Source of the DNA: Nitrosopumilus sp.
GTDB taxonomy: Archaea; Thermoproteota; Nitrososphaeria; Nitrososphaerales; Nitrosopumilaceae
Direction: 5' to 3'
Assembly (NCBI GenBank): GCA_965207075.1
Contig: CBDBLO010000002.1
Span: 1,696,001-1,760,000, forward strand
Length of the DNA: 64,000 bases
The translations under genes were made by a program, and so were the position numbers. The notes beneath the pieces were generated by a model. The model was not told the origin of the DNA and did no database searches. It saw only the letters and a program-made list of their open reading frames with translations. Position 1 is the stretch's first letter, and every line of letters begins with the position of its first letter. This document shows positions 10,173 to 21,317 of the stretch, in pieces.

Positions 10173-10727
10173 ATGAGAGTAGATGTCCTGATGAGGTATC
10201 AGGACGATCCCAGAAAGTGCACCGCGGCGCGCCTACTCAAGGCAGGCATTGCACGCAAGATCAAGGGGGTTCCGCGCGGCCGCAGGGCCATAATACTGAA
10301 TCCCTACAGCAACACCATACTGATGCCGTCTGACGGGCGTACGGCAGGGGCAGTAGTCGGGGTGGACTGCTCCTGGAGGCTTGCAGGAGGGGAGTTTGGC
10401 GCGCCCCGCGATGCGGGAGGGGGGCGCAAAAGAGGAGGAGCCGGCGGCGCGGCGCGCCGGTACGACGCGGGATCCTCGAGGCGCCTACCGCCGCTCCTCG
10501 CAGGAAACCCAGTAAACTACGCGAAGGTGGGCATGCTGACGACGGCAGAGGCCATAGCGGCCTCGCTGTTCATCATGGGATATGACGACATGGCCCACGA
10601 CGTGCTTGGCAGGTTCAGATGGGGCCACACGTTTTACGACCTGAACCGCAACATTCTGGCAGAGTATGCCGCAATGACCGGGCAGGACGACGCGTCGGAG
10701 ATAGCAGCAGGGTACGGGCTGGCATGA
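10173..10727 (+). CDS. tsr3: 16S rRNA aminocarboxypropyltransferase Tsr3 (DUF367)
   Basis: DDPRKCTA, DCSW, RRLPPLLAGNPVNY, LTTAEA and FRWGHTF motifs. Confidence 0.92.
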   Translation: MRVDVLMRYQDDPRKCTAARLLKAGIARKIKGVPRGRRAIILNPYSNTILMPSDGRTAGAVVGVDCSWRLAGGEFGAPRDAGGGRKRGGAGGAARRYDAGSSRRLPPLLAGNPVNYAKVGMLTTAEAIAASLFIMGYDDMAHDVLGRFRWGHTFYDLNRNILAEYAAMTGQDDASEIAAGYGLA

Positions 10728-10810
10728 GCTGGAGCGCCGCCGCGCGAACGCCCTCGGGGGCCGCGAGCATCGGCGCCGGCAGCCACCAGATGCGCGAGCA
10801 TGCGCGGGCG

Positions 10811-13639
10811 TCATTCTCCGGAGGCGGCAGTCATCATGTCTGAGGCCTGCGTCTTTCTTTTGCGCACCCAGTACGCCACGGCCCCGAGCACTGCAAGCGC
10901 CAGGCCGGCTGCAACTGCATACGGCACGGAGGACTCGTCGGCGGTTGCATCCGGCGGCGGCGCAGGTGTCACTAACGCCGGGGCTCCTCCGCCGCCCTGC
11001 GGTCCGGCCTCCGGGGCGTCCGGGGAACCGATACCGGCGGCGGTGTCGATGTCACCGCCGCCTCCCGCACCGGGATCCGCGCCGCCTGACGAGACTGCCA
11101 GAAACCCGGCCTCGTAGATGTCGGGCCTCAGGACAGTCTCCGACAGGGCGAATATGCGCACCGTGTTTGCCCCCTCGCTTAGGAGTTGCGTGTCGCCAGG
11201 CCCAATCACAACGGAGGTCATGTCGGCTGTATCTGTGTCGGCGGCAGCGGCGGCAGTGACAGGCAGCGTCCCGGACGACACGACCTCGCCGCGCCCGCTT
11301 GTCACGAAATACAGGACGGAGTCCGCGCCCCTGGTGGACACATCCACGCGCATCTCGCCCCCGGCCACGACGGGCCTTGCGCGTATATCCACCCCCGCGA
11401 TCTCCGGGAACGCCGCGCGCTCAAACCCCGACCAGCTGCCGCGCTCAAACGGGTACGTCTCGTCACCAAAGGATATCAGCCTGATGCTGCGGGACTCCGG
11501 CGAATACAAGTCAAGGTAGAACGGCCCGTTGCCCACCATGGCGTGCCCCATATCGTCGATCCACGATATGGCAGAATCGTACCGCGACTGGAAATAGTGC
11601 TGGCCGTCGCCGTCGCCACCGCCGCTAGGGTCCCCGACCAGCCCCGCAAGCGGCCGTGCGTGCGCGAGCGCGGCCGGCACGTGCCTGGCGTCCCTCATCG
11701 ACTCCAGCTCGTCGCGTATCATGGCAGAGTCGTTGGGTACGATTACGGAGAGCCATCCGATGCCCTTGCTTGCGGCCCCGGACCGCGAAAACGAGGCCTT
11801 GCCGTCGGTCACCACGCCCTCCATTGCGGCAATCATCTCCCAGGGCATGCTGACCCCCGGCGACGCCCACTGCGCGATCTGCCCCTCATCAAAGTGCCAG
11901 TAATCCACGTATACCTCGACGGTGTCAGGGCCGGCGGGCCTGATCCCCTTTATGGTCTGCACGCTGGGGGCCGCGACTGACGTAAACTCCGTGTCAAACG
12001 TGGCGTCGTCGGGGCCCGTGTGCGTCCCCCACTCCTTTGCAAAGTACAGCGAGTGGACGATGTCAAGCATGTCCATCGCGGCGCCGCTGTGCCAGTTGCC
12101 CAGCGCGTAACGGAACGTCACCACGCTGGTTGCGTTGGCCCCGGGGCCCACCTCCCGCCACTGCTGCTGCACGGGATCCCAGAGGATGGCGTCACTGGCC
12201 ACGCCGAGGGCGCCCGTGGGGCCCGCGGTAGTGACGTTCCACTCCGCGCGGAGCGGGATCACGCTGCCCGTGTACGGGTGCAGAAAGACTGCCGGATCCG
12301 ACAGGAGCGTCCCGATCTGGCTGCTGTACGCGTCCCTGAACCCCATCACGGGGTTCCACGATCCTTGGTAGATCTGCTTGACGCCTATGCGGAGCTCGCC
12401 CTCGGCGCCGCTGCTGCTGCTGCCGCCGCTACCGTCATGCGACCCGGGCGCAGGCGAGTCCACCCTGGCGTTTATCGGGGTGAACCGGCTTGGGAGCCCG
12501 GCGCCAAAGTCGTTTACCACCCCGCTGACGGACTCGTGCGTCACGTACAGGACGTTCTTGCCCGCGATGAATATCCGGACGGACTCGGAGACCCCTTCGG
12601 CGACGGCGTATCGGATGAGCTCTGCGCGCTCCTCCTCCCCCTCAAAGTCCCCCGTGTAGATGCGCTGGGTCGCGTTGTCAAGCATCCCGTTCTCGTAGTT
12701 CCAGTACGAGGGATCGTTGAACCCGGGCATGTTTGAGAACCACGGCGAGTACATCTGGCTGAGTCCCGTCGAGTCATACCTTACGAACGCGGACTTTGCC
12801 CACCCCTCCGTGTACAGGCTCCACTTCAGGTCCGCCGGATTCGAGCCGTACACCACCACGAAGGCCTTGTTGAGGTCGCCGAACTCCTTCTGTACGGCGA
12901 ATCCCATCCGCTCAAGCTCGGACGCGAGTATCTCCCCTATCGACTTTCGCACGGGATCGTCGCTCCGTATGAAGAACGAGACGGAGACGGGCTCGGAGCC
13001 TGCCATCCACGCGCCGCTGCCCGCGTCCCTGGTCGCGCCCATCGCATGCATCCGGTCAGATATCATCCGCTCGGCAAGCGCCGGATTGTACCCAAACTCA
13101 AAGGCCGCAAGCCGTCCGATGACCGTGAGGTACTCGGGATCGTAGGGCCCGTAGTGGGATATTATCGGCACGCCGTAACCGCCCATCAGCTCGTTTACGA
13201 CTAGGCGCCGGTCTATCAGGTAGTTTAGCGCAAAGCGGACGTCCCTGTCCTGGAACGGGTTGAACGCGGACTCGGAGACCGCGGGATTCACAAGTATGCT
13301 GTAAGAGCCGCCCGTCGACTCGTGCACGTTTAGGCCCTGCCGCGACTGGTGTGACTCGAGCTGGTCAGACGAGACGTGGTAGTAGTACATGTCAAGGCCG
13401 CCGCCCCGCACCTCCTCGAGCGCGGTGTTCTCATCAAGGTACTGCACGAACCTCACGGAGTCCACGTACGTGGCGCCGCCGTCGGCGCGGGCCTCGCAGA
13501 GGCCGTCGCACGGCGGGGCCTGAACCGCCAGCGCTAACAGCAGCGCGGCCGCGCACGAGATAAAGAGCCCAGAGCGGAGGGTGCCGCCAGCCAAGCCGTC
13601 ATTGCCGCGCACCGCGCCATTCATGCGCGTCGATTCCAC
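10811..13639 (-). CDS. ABC transporter substrate-binding protein (family 5-like) with C-terminal membrane anchor
   Basis: Signal peptide, NPFQDRDVRFALNYLIDR, GNGPFYL, Gly/Pro linker, then TM plus RKRK. Start uncertain. Confidence 0.85.
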   Translation of the reverse strand: MESTRMNGAVRGNDGLAGGTLRSGLFISCAAALLLALAVQAPPCDGLCEARADGGATYVDSVRFVQYLDENTALEEVRGGGLDMYYYHVSSDQLESHQSRQGLNVHESTGGSYSILVNPAVSESAFNPFQDRDVRFALNYLIDRRLVVNELMGGYGVPIISHYGPYDPEYLTVIGRLAAFEFGYNPALAERMISDRMHAMGATRDAGSGAWMAGSEPVSVSFFIRSDDPVRKSIGEILASELERMGFAVQKEFGDLNKAFVVVYGSNPADLKWSLYTEGWAKSAFVRYDSTGLSQMYSPWFSNMPGFNDPSYWNYENGMLDNATQRIYTGDFEGEEERAELIRYAVAEGVSESVRIFIAGKNVLYVTHESVSGVVNDFGAGLPSRFTPINARVDSPAPGSHDGSGGSSSSGAEGELRIGVKQIYQGSWNPVMGFRDAYSSQIGTLLSDPAVFLHPYTGSVIPLRAEWNVTTAGPTGALGVASDAILWDPVQQQWREVGPGANATSVVTFRYALGNWHSGAAMDMLDIVHSLYFAKEWGTHTGPDDATFDTEFTSVAAPSVQTIKGIRPAGPDTVEVYVDYWHFDEGQIAQWASPGVSMPWEMIAAMEGVVTDGKASFSRSGAASKGIGWLSVIVPNDSAMIRDELESMRDARHVPAALAHARPLAGLVGDPSGGGDGDGQHYFQSRYDSAISWIDDMGHAMVGNGPFYLDLYSPESRSIRLISFGDETYPFERGSWSGFERAAFPEIAGVDIRARPVVAGGEMRVDVSTRGADSVLYFVTSGRGEVVSSGTLPVTAAAAADTDTADMTSVVIGPGDTQLLSEGANTVRIFALSETVLRPDIYEAGFLAVSSGGADPGAGGGGDIDTAAGIGSPDAPEAGPQGGGGAPALVTPAPPPDATADESSVPYAVAAGLALAVLGAVAYWVRKRKTQASDMMTAASGE

Positions 13640-13797
13640 CCTGTTGTAATAAAACTATTGAGTACGATCCCGCCCTGGCAGCTTCCCTTTTTTCCACTGC
13701 CGCGCCACGCGGCAGTGCAGGCCGGCCGCCGTAGCGCCGCGGGCATGCCGCGCAGGCGCCGATCAACCGTTATATCTCAAGGGCGCGCCCGACTGCC

Positions 13798-14466
13798 ATG
13801 GCCGGCATGATGACCGCACGCAGACTGCGCGGGATGATACAGGGGGGCGTGTCCCCCAAGGATTACAGCGCCGTGACCGGCGTCGGCATGCAAGATGCGC
13901 GGAGGATACTGGACCGGCTCGAGCAGTCCGGGATCGGCCGCTCCGTAGGCGGCGCGTATCACTTTGAGCAGGGGGATCGCCTGCGGGCCGCGATAATGAT
14001 GCTGGAGGAGGGTGCCGCGCGGCTAGACGAGATAGCCGAAGAGATGGACTGGAGGGACTTTGAGGGCCTGGCCGGCGAGATACTGGCCTCGAGAAACTTT
14101 GCGGTGATGAAGAACCTGAGGTTCAAAAAGCCCGCGGTCGAGATAGACGTGGTGGGCATACGCATGGGGGTCGCGATGCTTGTAGACTGCAAGCACTGGA
14201 AGCGCACAACCCCGTCGGCCGTCTCCGACGCGGTCTCAAAGCAGATCGAGCGCACGCGCAGGTACGTGGCCGAGACGCCGGGCGCAGTGGCGGCCCCGGT
14301 CATAGTGACGCTGTACCGGCACGAGACAGAGTTCGTAGGCAACGTGCCCATAGTGCCCATAGCCGGATTCTCGTCGTTTGTAGACGAGTTCCACGGGCAT
14401 CTGGACAGGATGAGGACGATAACGGACAGCAACGGGGCCCCTCCAGCAGGGACTGCGCGCGCCTAG
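13798..14466 (+). CDS. HTH + Mrr_cat-like PD-(D/E)xK nuclease domain protein
   Basis: WRDFEGL...EIDVVG...VDCKHW motif. Confidence 0.8.
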   Translation: MAGMMTARRLRGMIQGGVSPKDYSAVTGVGMQDARRILDRLEQSGIGRSVGGAYHFEQGDRLRAAIMMLEEGAARLDEIAEEMDWRDFEGLAGEILASRNFAVMKNLRFKKPAVEIDVVGIRMGVAMLVDCKHWKRTTPSAVSDAVSKQIERTRRYVAETPGAVAAPVIVTLYRHETEFVGNVPIVPIAGFSSFVDEFHGHLDRMRTITDSNGAPPAGTARA

Positions 14467-16220
14467 AGGAACAGCCCGGTTACAAAGAGGATTGCGCCGC
14501 CGAGCGCAAAATACTTTGTGATCCGCAGCGAGTTCTCGAGCGCCTTTGAATAGTCGTCAAATATGCCGCTTCCCATCACCCGGATCACGGCCTCGTTTTC
14601 CAGTATCTCGTAGGAGGCCGCCGACGTGTCGCGCTCGGCCGCCGAGGCCAGCTCCTCGAACCACCCGGACAGCCTCTCGGCGGGCGTCACCAGCCCCAGC
14701 TGGTAGTACCCGTTGCGGTTCCTGACCTTTACGCGCGAAAAGTGAGTGTCAGACGTGCATATCTCAAGCATCTCATACCCCTTTGAGGCGAGGTGCTCGA
14801 TTATCTTTTCGCGCACACCGTTCTCCATGTTGTTGGCGTCGGCCCATCCGATGTGGAACTTCCTGCCGTTTATCCTCAGGCAGACCACCCCCAGGCCGCC
14901 CAGCCCCATGTCGTTGGCGCGTATGTCCATGGCATCAGAGTTTGCATAGCCGAACTCTATGGGATGGGTGTCCTTTGCAACCAGGTTGTCAAGGCACGAC
15001 TTTGCGGCCTCCAGCATGTCTCTGCCGTCGTCCTCGGAGAGGGTGGCGCCCATCGCGTTGTGGCAGTCCACGATCATCGCTCCCGAATAGTCCCGGTTCT
15101 CGGCATACTGCACAATCTCAGTCTTTACGTAGCTTGGCACGTCCTCCATTCCGTGTGGTGACAGGGACAGGAACAGTATCGGGCGCCTCCCAAACAGGAT
15201 GCACATCACGCGGGCGCGGTTTATGGTGACCGTGACCGGCTCGGTGCAGCGGAGCCCCTCCTCCGTCACGCTGCACTCCTCGATTGTCCTCAGGTAATTT
15301 GCGACCTCGGCCCTGGACGGCAGGTTCAGCGCGTGGTCCGACACGCTGTGCATCACCATGGCAGACGAGTCCAGATTCTTGTATATCAGGTACGGAATGT
15401 TGCTTCCGCCCACCGGATGGTACGGGCCGGGATGGATGTCCGGCAGCACTATGTGGAACTGGCCGCCGGAGTTCTTTGACGAGAGCCGTATCTGCGCAGT
15501 GGAGACCCGGGCCTCGCTTGAGCGCTGCTCCATTATCTTCTCGGCATCCTCGTAGTCGTCGACCTGCGAGGCCAGATACGCCTGGATGGTCTTGTGTGTG
15601 CTCTCCATGCCGGGGCGGCCGGCCACGTCGGTGAGGTGCGACCACACGGTGGCAATGACCATGAACGACACGCCGTATCCCAGCGCAAACAGGTCGCCGA
15701 GCACGTCGGCCCACGCGTCATACGGCACGATCACAAGGAACATCGCGAGGGGCTGCACCATTGAGATGGCCCACGCGCGCCTCAGCGAGACGCCGAGCGT
15801 GGTGGTGTATATGCCGATTCTAAAGCTTGCAAACAGGAACATTCCGAGCGTGACAAAAAACGGCGTCAGCTCCTTTGCCAGCACGAGCCCGGCGGCGACG
15901 CCGGCAAGGAGGGACGCAAGCCACAGCAGGTTCGCAAACAGCGACGAGTGCAGGGACTTGGAATACTCTTTCTTTCTCGTAAACCGGGTGTCGAGCAGCT
16001 GGGTCAGAAACAGGACTGCCACCGATGCGAATACGACGGCCGCGATATTCCCAGAGTCGGGCAGGTAAAACACGTGTATGATCGCAGATATCGCCGCGGC
16101 GATGCCGAGCGACGCGGCCAGCGAAAAGTAATGCGATGCGGGATTCAGCAGGGTAAGCGAGAACCTGTTATGTATGACAGAGACGCCGTCTTCGCCGTCC
16201 GGGCGGTCGTGTGTGTCCAT
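14463..16220 (-). CDS. DUF2070 family membrane protein
   Basis: N-terminal multi-TM region; HPGP..PVGGSN, VDCHN, DANNM and TSDTH motifs. Confidence 0.85.
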   Translation of the reverse strand: MDTHDRPDGEDGVSVIHNRFSLTLLNPASHYFSLAASLGIAAAISAIIHVFYLPDSGNIAAVVFASVAVLFLTQLLDTRFTRKKEYSKSLHSSLFANLLWLASLLAGVAAGLVLAKELTPFFVTLGMFLFASFRIGIYTTTLGVSLRRAWAISMVQPLAMFLVIVPYDAWADVLGDLFALGYGVSFMVIATVWSHLTDVAGRPGMESTHKTIQAYLASQVDDYEDAEKIMEQRSSEARVSTAQIRLSSKNSGGQFHIVLPDIHPGPYHPVGGSNIPYLIYKNLDSSAMVMHSVSDHALNLPSRAEVANYLRTIEECSVTEEGLRCTEPVTVTINRARVMCILFGRRPILFLSLSPHGMEDVPSYVKTEIVQYAENRDYSGAMIVDCHNAMGATLSEDDGRDMLEAAKSCLDNLVAKDTHPIEFGYANSDAMDIRANDMGLGGLGVVCLRINGRKFHIGWADANNMENGVREKIIEHLASKGYEMLEICTSDTHFSRVKVRNRNGYYQLGLVTPAERLSGWFEELASAAERDTSAASYEILENEAVIRVMGSGIFDDYSKALENSLRITKYFALGGAILFVTGLFL

Positions 16221-16225
16221 GTTGC

Positions 16226-16393
16226 TCACGGCGCCAAAAAGAGCTCGATTGCCCACGACACCACTATGAGGCTGATGGGAATCGACACCACTATTCGCGG
16301 ATCTATCTTGAACCCCTTGGTCTCATCCTCAAAGAACCTCATGAGCCCCCCGCTGGACGCGGGAAGTGGCGCGGACCTCTTTTTGCTACTCAT
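16226..16393 (-). CDS. secG: Preprotein translocase subunit Sec61beta
   Basis: APLPASSGGLMRFFEDETKGFKIDP followed by one TM helix. Confidence 0.92.
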   Translation of the reverse strand: MSSKKRSAPLPASSGGLMRFFEDETKGFKIDPRIVVSIPISLIVVSWAIELFLAP

Positions 16394-18555
16394 CAGGCCT
16401 CTTGCCGGGGTTTGAAAATAAAAACGTTGCAGGCTGGCGGGCGGGAATGAACCTGAGCGTGAGTGGGCGGAGAAGTGAGGGGCGGGCATGGGCGCACCCC
16501 GCACCTCTGTACAGGGATCTGTCCCATGCCGGAGGCGCGCCGTAACCCAACGGCGCGTTAGGCATGGCGGCATCACTCATTCAACAGTGGTAACAACGGC
16601 AACGCGTACGGCAAAACTGCGCCCACAGCGCAGATTCTGATGCTTGCGCCTATGCCGCTAGGCGGAACATAACAATCCGCGCCTGCCAGACAGGCACGAG
16701 GCCGGCAGGCAATGCCAACGATCCGCGCTCGGAGCTAAATGCAGCAGGACTTGCCAAAACGCGACATCCGCAGGACAGCAATCGCGAATGCGCCAATAAA
16801 TGACTGAGGTGCCAAGCCGAGTATCAAAAAAAGGCCAAGACTAATGGGCAAGCCCGAGCTGTCCTTGAGATTCTACAGGCAGGATCCAATAACCATAACG
16901 GGAATTGATGTCATGGTTGAAACTTTGCAAATACACGCTTGAAGACTAACGAGTACCCGGTTTCGGATCCGGCGAGTTCAAAAAATATGGAATGCGCGAG
17001 CAAAACAATACCAGCGGATCACGCGTGTTGCGGTTCTGCTCGTACGCCAATTGCTGCAGGCGGGGGGTATTTTTCATGCTTGCACGGGGGAGAAGGTAGG
17101 CGCGCGCATAAAATAGCACGATCTTGCAAGGCAGAGAGCTCTGATTTCCCTCCGCACTCATGTACGCATATGCCATCATGTCTTTTCTCGGATGCGGATT
17201 TTGGCCCTCGCGTTGCTTTTGCACAAATTAAAAATATTCCACACCGATAAAATACAATCAGGCATACGTCTGCCTAATTGCAAACGCAGATCATAAAAAT
17301 ATGCCATGCCCGCCATCCAAAAAACAGGCGATGCCGTATACGGGCCGCAACGTTACGGCAAAAATCACGCCGATCGATGGAACTGCTGCGTGATCGCTGC
17401 ATCCGACAAGATGCACGAACATCTTGCAGACAGCAGCAAGCGGGGCAGAAAGGGCCCGAAGAAACGCCGGGATCTTATGGTGGTTGCAGGTGCGCTTGAA
17501 TAATCTCCGCCCTCCTGATTCTTTACAACCAGTCTCTCTCAAAAAAAACGCGCCGCGCGGCCCTGCAGCCCGCAGGTCCGGATAACAACCGTCACGGAGC
17601 TCACCCCGAAGGAGGGGCAGACGCAGTCCAGATCCTTTGCGCCGACTCGACGTCCGTCAGTCCAGTTACGCATGCGGCGAACAAGGGGGGCCGGACGGCT
17701 ACCCCTCACGCCATCCCATGACAGGGCAGCCCATCCAGCATCCGCGACAAAGGGCTGTCCTCCAAGAACGGCGGGGGCCTGCGTGCCCAGTCAGGCCGCC
17801 TTCTGGCAGTCCAGCAGGCATGCCGCACGGGCAGCGGCGCTGGCCACGCCCAACACGCACGGATTTCATGCGTTTTGGCGACTTTCAGGCAGCAAGGCCC
17901 GCGGCAGGCAGGGCACGGCGCCGCGGCAGGCGCCCGCCAAGCCGACGTGACCGTCCCGAAGTGGATGCCTCTCTCTACCCTCCCCTGCCCCGCTGCTCCT
18001 TTCCCTCCCCCGCCTCCCTCCCCAGCCGCCATCAAAAACAAATTCCAAGCCCGCGCGGTTTCTCCTAGGCGGCTCCTCTTTTCAAAACCCCTTTAACGCG
18101 CGATCCTTGGAAAATTAATCGGAGTTTTTCGCGCGCTGCCCCGGCCCCAATTACGGGATGCGCCGCGCCGTGCCGCCGCTTGATGCCCCCCGTGTGACGA
18201 TAAGGAACATCCCGCAGCCGGCTGGCCGCGTACTAATTATTGAGGATGGCGCGGCCAGATTCGGGGGGCAGGGGCGCAGGACGCGGCCACGAAATGGCAG
18301 TCACAGAACCGAGGCGCCAATTCCACGCGATCGCCGTCGCGGCCGGCAGCGTATTTTATTATTGTAGTCGGTGTCGCCGTCGTCATCGCTATATTACCGC
18401 GTATGAAGTTCCCACGGCACCAGAACCATAATTGCCGCCGGCACCCTCTTGCCGTCACGGCCAGCCCCAATCCGCACGACGAGGCGGCGCGCCAGGCAAC
18501 GGTTAATTGCAAAACAAATATTTGCCGCCAAGCTGGAGCCGAATACAGGATAGAA

Positions 18556-18888
18556 ATGAAGGACTACGACCAGGTCATAGTGTGGCTCGACTATTTCAAT
18601 AAAAACCTCAAAAAATCAAAGGGCCGCAAGCTGGGCCTTGCAAGGTGCGTCTTTGATCCATCCCTCAAGGAGCTGTCCGACGCGGCAACAGAGGCCGGAT
18701 TGGACATAGCAGAGACCAATGAGAGGGCCCGTCTTCCAAAGAGGCCCTACCTCAGATCCGGATACATATCCCTCCCAAAGGCAGGAAAGACCAAGGGCGT
18801 CATACTTGACATGATATCAAAGAGACTGGTCGCCAAGAGGGCCGCAAAGTCAAAGAAGAAGAAAAAGTCCGGCGACCAGAAACCCTGA
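18556..18888 (+). CDS. srp19: Signal recognition particle 19 kDa protein
   Basis: VIVWLDYFNKNLKKSKGRK...PKRP...SGYI motif. Confidence 0.88.
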   Translation: MKDYDQVIVWLDYFNKNLKKSKGRKLGLARCVFDPSLKELSDAATEAGLDIAETNERARLPKRPYLRSGYISLPKAGKTKGVILDMISKRLVAKRAAKSKKKKKSGDQKP

Positions 18889-18962
18889 TTCAAAACTAGC
18901 TATTAGATCTAACAAATTTGATCGACCCATATCTTAAATGAGCCGCACTCAGTACGATTGCA

Positions 18963-19250
18963 ATGCGTGAGATCGGCAAGATACTGCACGTGGCAGGCAG
19001 CGGCAGGGTCATCATACAGATATCCGAACCGCTGCCCGAGGGCCAGATACTCTGCGACAAAGGCGGCACGCGCGTGGCAAGGGTGATGGAGCTTATCGGC
19101 CCCGTCAGCAGCCCGTTTGCCTCGGCAGCAGCCCTTACCAACAGCATCAAAAGACACGTCGGCAGGGCGGTCTTTGCGGGCCAAGAGCAGTACGAGAAGC
19201 GCGAGTCCCAGGCATTTGCGCAAAAGACTAGGAGAAGAAGAACAAGATGA
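18963..19250 (+). CDS. gar1: H/ACA RNP subunit Gar1/Naf1
   Basis: IGKILH...RVMELIGPVSSPF motif; sits between srp19 and tfb. Confidence 0.85.
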   Translation: MREIGKILHVAGSGRVIIQISEPLPEGQILCDKGGTRVARVMELIGPVSSPFASAAALTNSIKRHVGRAVFAGQEQYEKRESQAFAQKTRRRRTR

Positions 19251-20221
19251 AGATGCTAGGAGAAGAACAGCAAGTCTGCCGGGAATGCAGGTCCCCGCTA
19301 GTGGACGACATGCAGAACGGCGAGACCATCTGTACCGGATGCGGTATCGTAACAGACAGCCACATGGTAGACTATGGGCCGGAGAACGCCAATGCCGAGC
19401 ACGAGGAGAAGATCAGGCTCGCCAGGGCCTCCGGACTGAACACCTACGCCCAGCACGACCTGGGGGTGACCACTGCAATCGGCCCGTCGGCAAAGGACTT
19501 TAGCGGCAAGGCCATAGACAGGCGCATCGCAAGCCAGATGAACAACCTCAGAAACTGGCAGAAGCGGATCAGGGTCTCAAGCCCCCAGGAGAGGAGGCTT
19601 GTCGCGGCCCTGACGGTAATGGGATCCGCGGCCGAATGCCTCGGCCTCCCAAAGACCGTGCTGGAGACGGCGTCCATACTGTACAGGAACATCGACGGCC
19701 AGACCAACATCAAGGGCAAGTCAGTGGAGGCGATTGCATCTGCCATCCTTTACATGGCATGCAAGCAGTGCGGCGTCGTACGCTCCATTGACGAGATTGC
19801 GCGCGGCACGAGCCCCTCAAAGAAGCCCAAGACGAGACTGGCGGCAAAGTACTACCGCAACCTGGTGATGGGAGTTGGCCAGATAAACACGCCGACTGTC
19901 ACCACGGACAAGTACATCTCAAAGTTTGCAAACATGGCGCAGGTCGATACCAAGGTGGAGAGGCTTGCCCTCGACATGGCAGGCAAGACCAAGAACGCGT
20001 CCATAACGGACGGCAAGTCGCCAAGTGGGATAGCCGCAGCATACCTGTACATGGCGTCCATACTGCTCGGGTACGGGATCCCGCAGAGGGAGATATCAAC
20101 CGTGGCCGAGGTGACAGAGGTCACCATACGCAACCGCTGCAGAGAGATACTGACAAGCTACGAGCTCACAGTGGCCCTGCGCCCCACAAACACGGCGGCG
20201 CGCGCCATGCTGACCAGATGA
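19247..20221 (+). CDS. tfb: Transcription initiation factor IIB
   Basis: CREC...GETICTGCG Zn ribbon, DYGPE, two cyclin repeats, GKSPSGIAAA and VTEVTIRNR. Confidence 0.95.
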   Translation: MKMLGEEQQVCRECRSPLVDDMQNGETICTGCGIVTDSHMVDYGPENANAEHEEKIRLARASGLNTYAQHDLGVTTAIGPSAKDFSGKAIDRRIASQMNNLRNWQKRIRVSSPQERRLVAALTVMGSAAECLGLPKTVLETASILYRNIDGQTNIKGKSVEAIASAILYMACKQCGVVRSIDEIARGTSPSKKPKTRLAAKYYRNLVMGVGQINTPTVTTDKYISKFANMAQVDTKVERLALDMAGKTKNASITDGKSPSGIAAAYLYMASILLGYGIPQREISTVAEVTEVTIRNRCREILTSYELTVALRPTNTAARAMLTR

Positions 20222-20241
20222 GTGCGCATACGACCTCGAGA

Positions 20242-20257
20242 CTTTTTATTTTTTATT
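20242..20257 (+). terminator. Oligo-T terminator after tfb
   Basis: TTTTTATTTTTTATT run about 20 nt after the stop codon. Confidence 0.55.
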
Positions 20258-20366
20258 ACATCGCGGGGGATTTGCCGCAGCTGCGTGGGGGCCGGCCCTG
20301 CGGGGGGGCCATTAGGATCAGCTAAATACCGTCTGCATTATATATCGAGGCGAAGGACGCGCGGCA

Positions 20367-21149
20367 ATGGCGGTTCTCGAGATAAAGGATCTGCACGTCA
20401 GCAGGGACGGCAAGGAGATACTCAAGGGGGTCAACCTCAAGACGGGCGCGGGCCAGGTCCATGCCATAATGGGTCCAAACGGCTCCGGCAAGAGCACGCT
20501 TGCATACACGTTGCTTGCGCATCCAAAGTACGAGGTGACGCAGGGCGACATACTGCTTGACGGCCAGAGCATACTGGACATGAAGGCCGACGAGCGTGCA
20601 AGGCGCGGACTGTTTCTGGGATTCCAATACCCAACAGAGGTGTCCGGCGTCGGGTTCTCGCACTTTCTGCGCACCGCGTACAACTCGCTGAGCAAGGCGC
20701 TCGAGGGGGACGACCGCGAGGTCTTCATCACGGTACGCGAGTTCCAAAAGTACCTCAGGGAGAACCTCGAAAAGGTCGGACTAAAGGAGGAGTTTCTCTC
20801 AAGATACCTCAACGAGGGATTCTCGGGGGGCGAGAAGAAGCGCGCCGAGGTACTGCAGATGGCCGTGCTAAAGCCCAAGATATCGATACTCGATGAGCCC
20901 GACTCTGGACTTGACATCGACGCAGTCCAGGCAGTCGCAAAGGCCATAAGCCAGGTGTCAGGCACCGAATCCACCATAGTAGTCATAACCCACTATGCAA
21001 GGATACTCAGGTTCCTTGACAAGCTAGACTATGTGCACGTCTTTGCAAACGGCAAGATCCTAAAGACGGGGGACTCGGCTCTTGCAGACAAGCTCGAAAA
21101 AGACGGGTACGACTGGGTGGTAGAAGAGCAGCAACAGGTCGCCCAATAA
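20367..21149 (+). CDS. sufC: Fe-S cluster assembly ATPase SufC
   Basis: GPNGSGKST, FQYPTEVSGV, NEGFSGGEKKR, LDEPDSGLDID and ITHY motifs. Confidence 0.95.
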   Translation: MAVLEIKDLHVSRDGKEILKGVNLKTGAGQVHAIMGPNGSGKSTLAYTLLAHPKYEVTQGDILLDGQSILDMKADERARRGLFLGFQYPTEVSGVGFSHFLRTAYNSLSKALEGDDREVFITVREFQKYLRENLEKVGLKEEFLSRYLNEGFSGGEKKRAEVLQMAVLKPKISILDEPDSGLDIDAVQAVAKAISQVSGTESTIVVITHYARILRFLDKLDYVHVFANGKILKTGDSALADKLEKDGYDWVVEEQQQVAQ

Positions 21150-21317
21150 TATTGCTGAAATGACAGGTCCGCGGCGGGGCGGCCGCAGAGCAACAATAAC
21201 AGCAACAACAAGGCGGCGTTTTCCAGTACGCGCGCGGTATTGATAATGGCATCCGTGCGGCGCCCTCCAGGGCCGAAGGAATGCATGCGGTGCCGTGTGA
21301 GAGCGAAGAGAAAGACG

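Noticed and set aside
16900-18130. Possible replication origin
   Set aside because: No repeated ORB boxes recognised and no cdc6/orc1 gene nearby.
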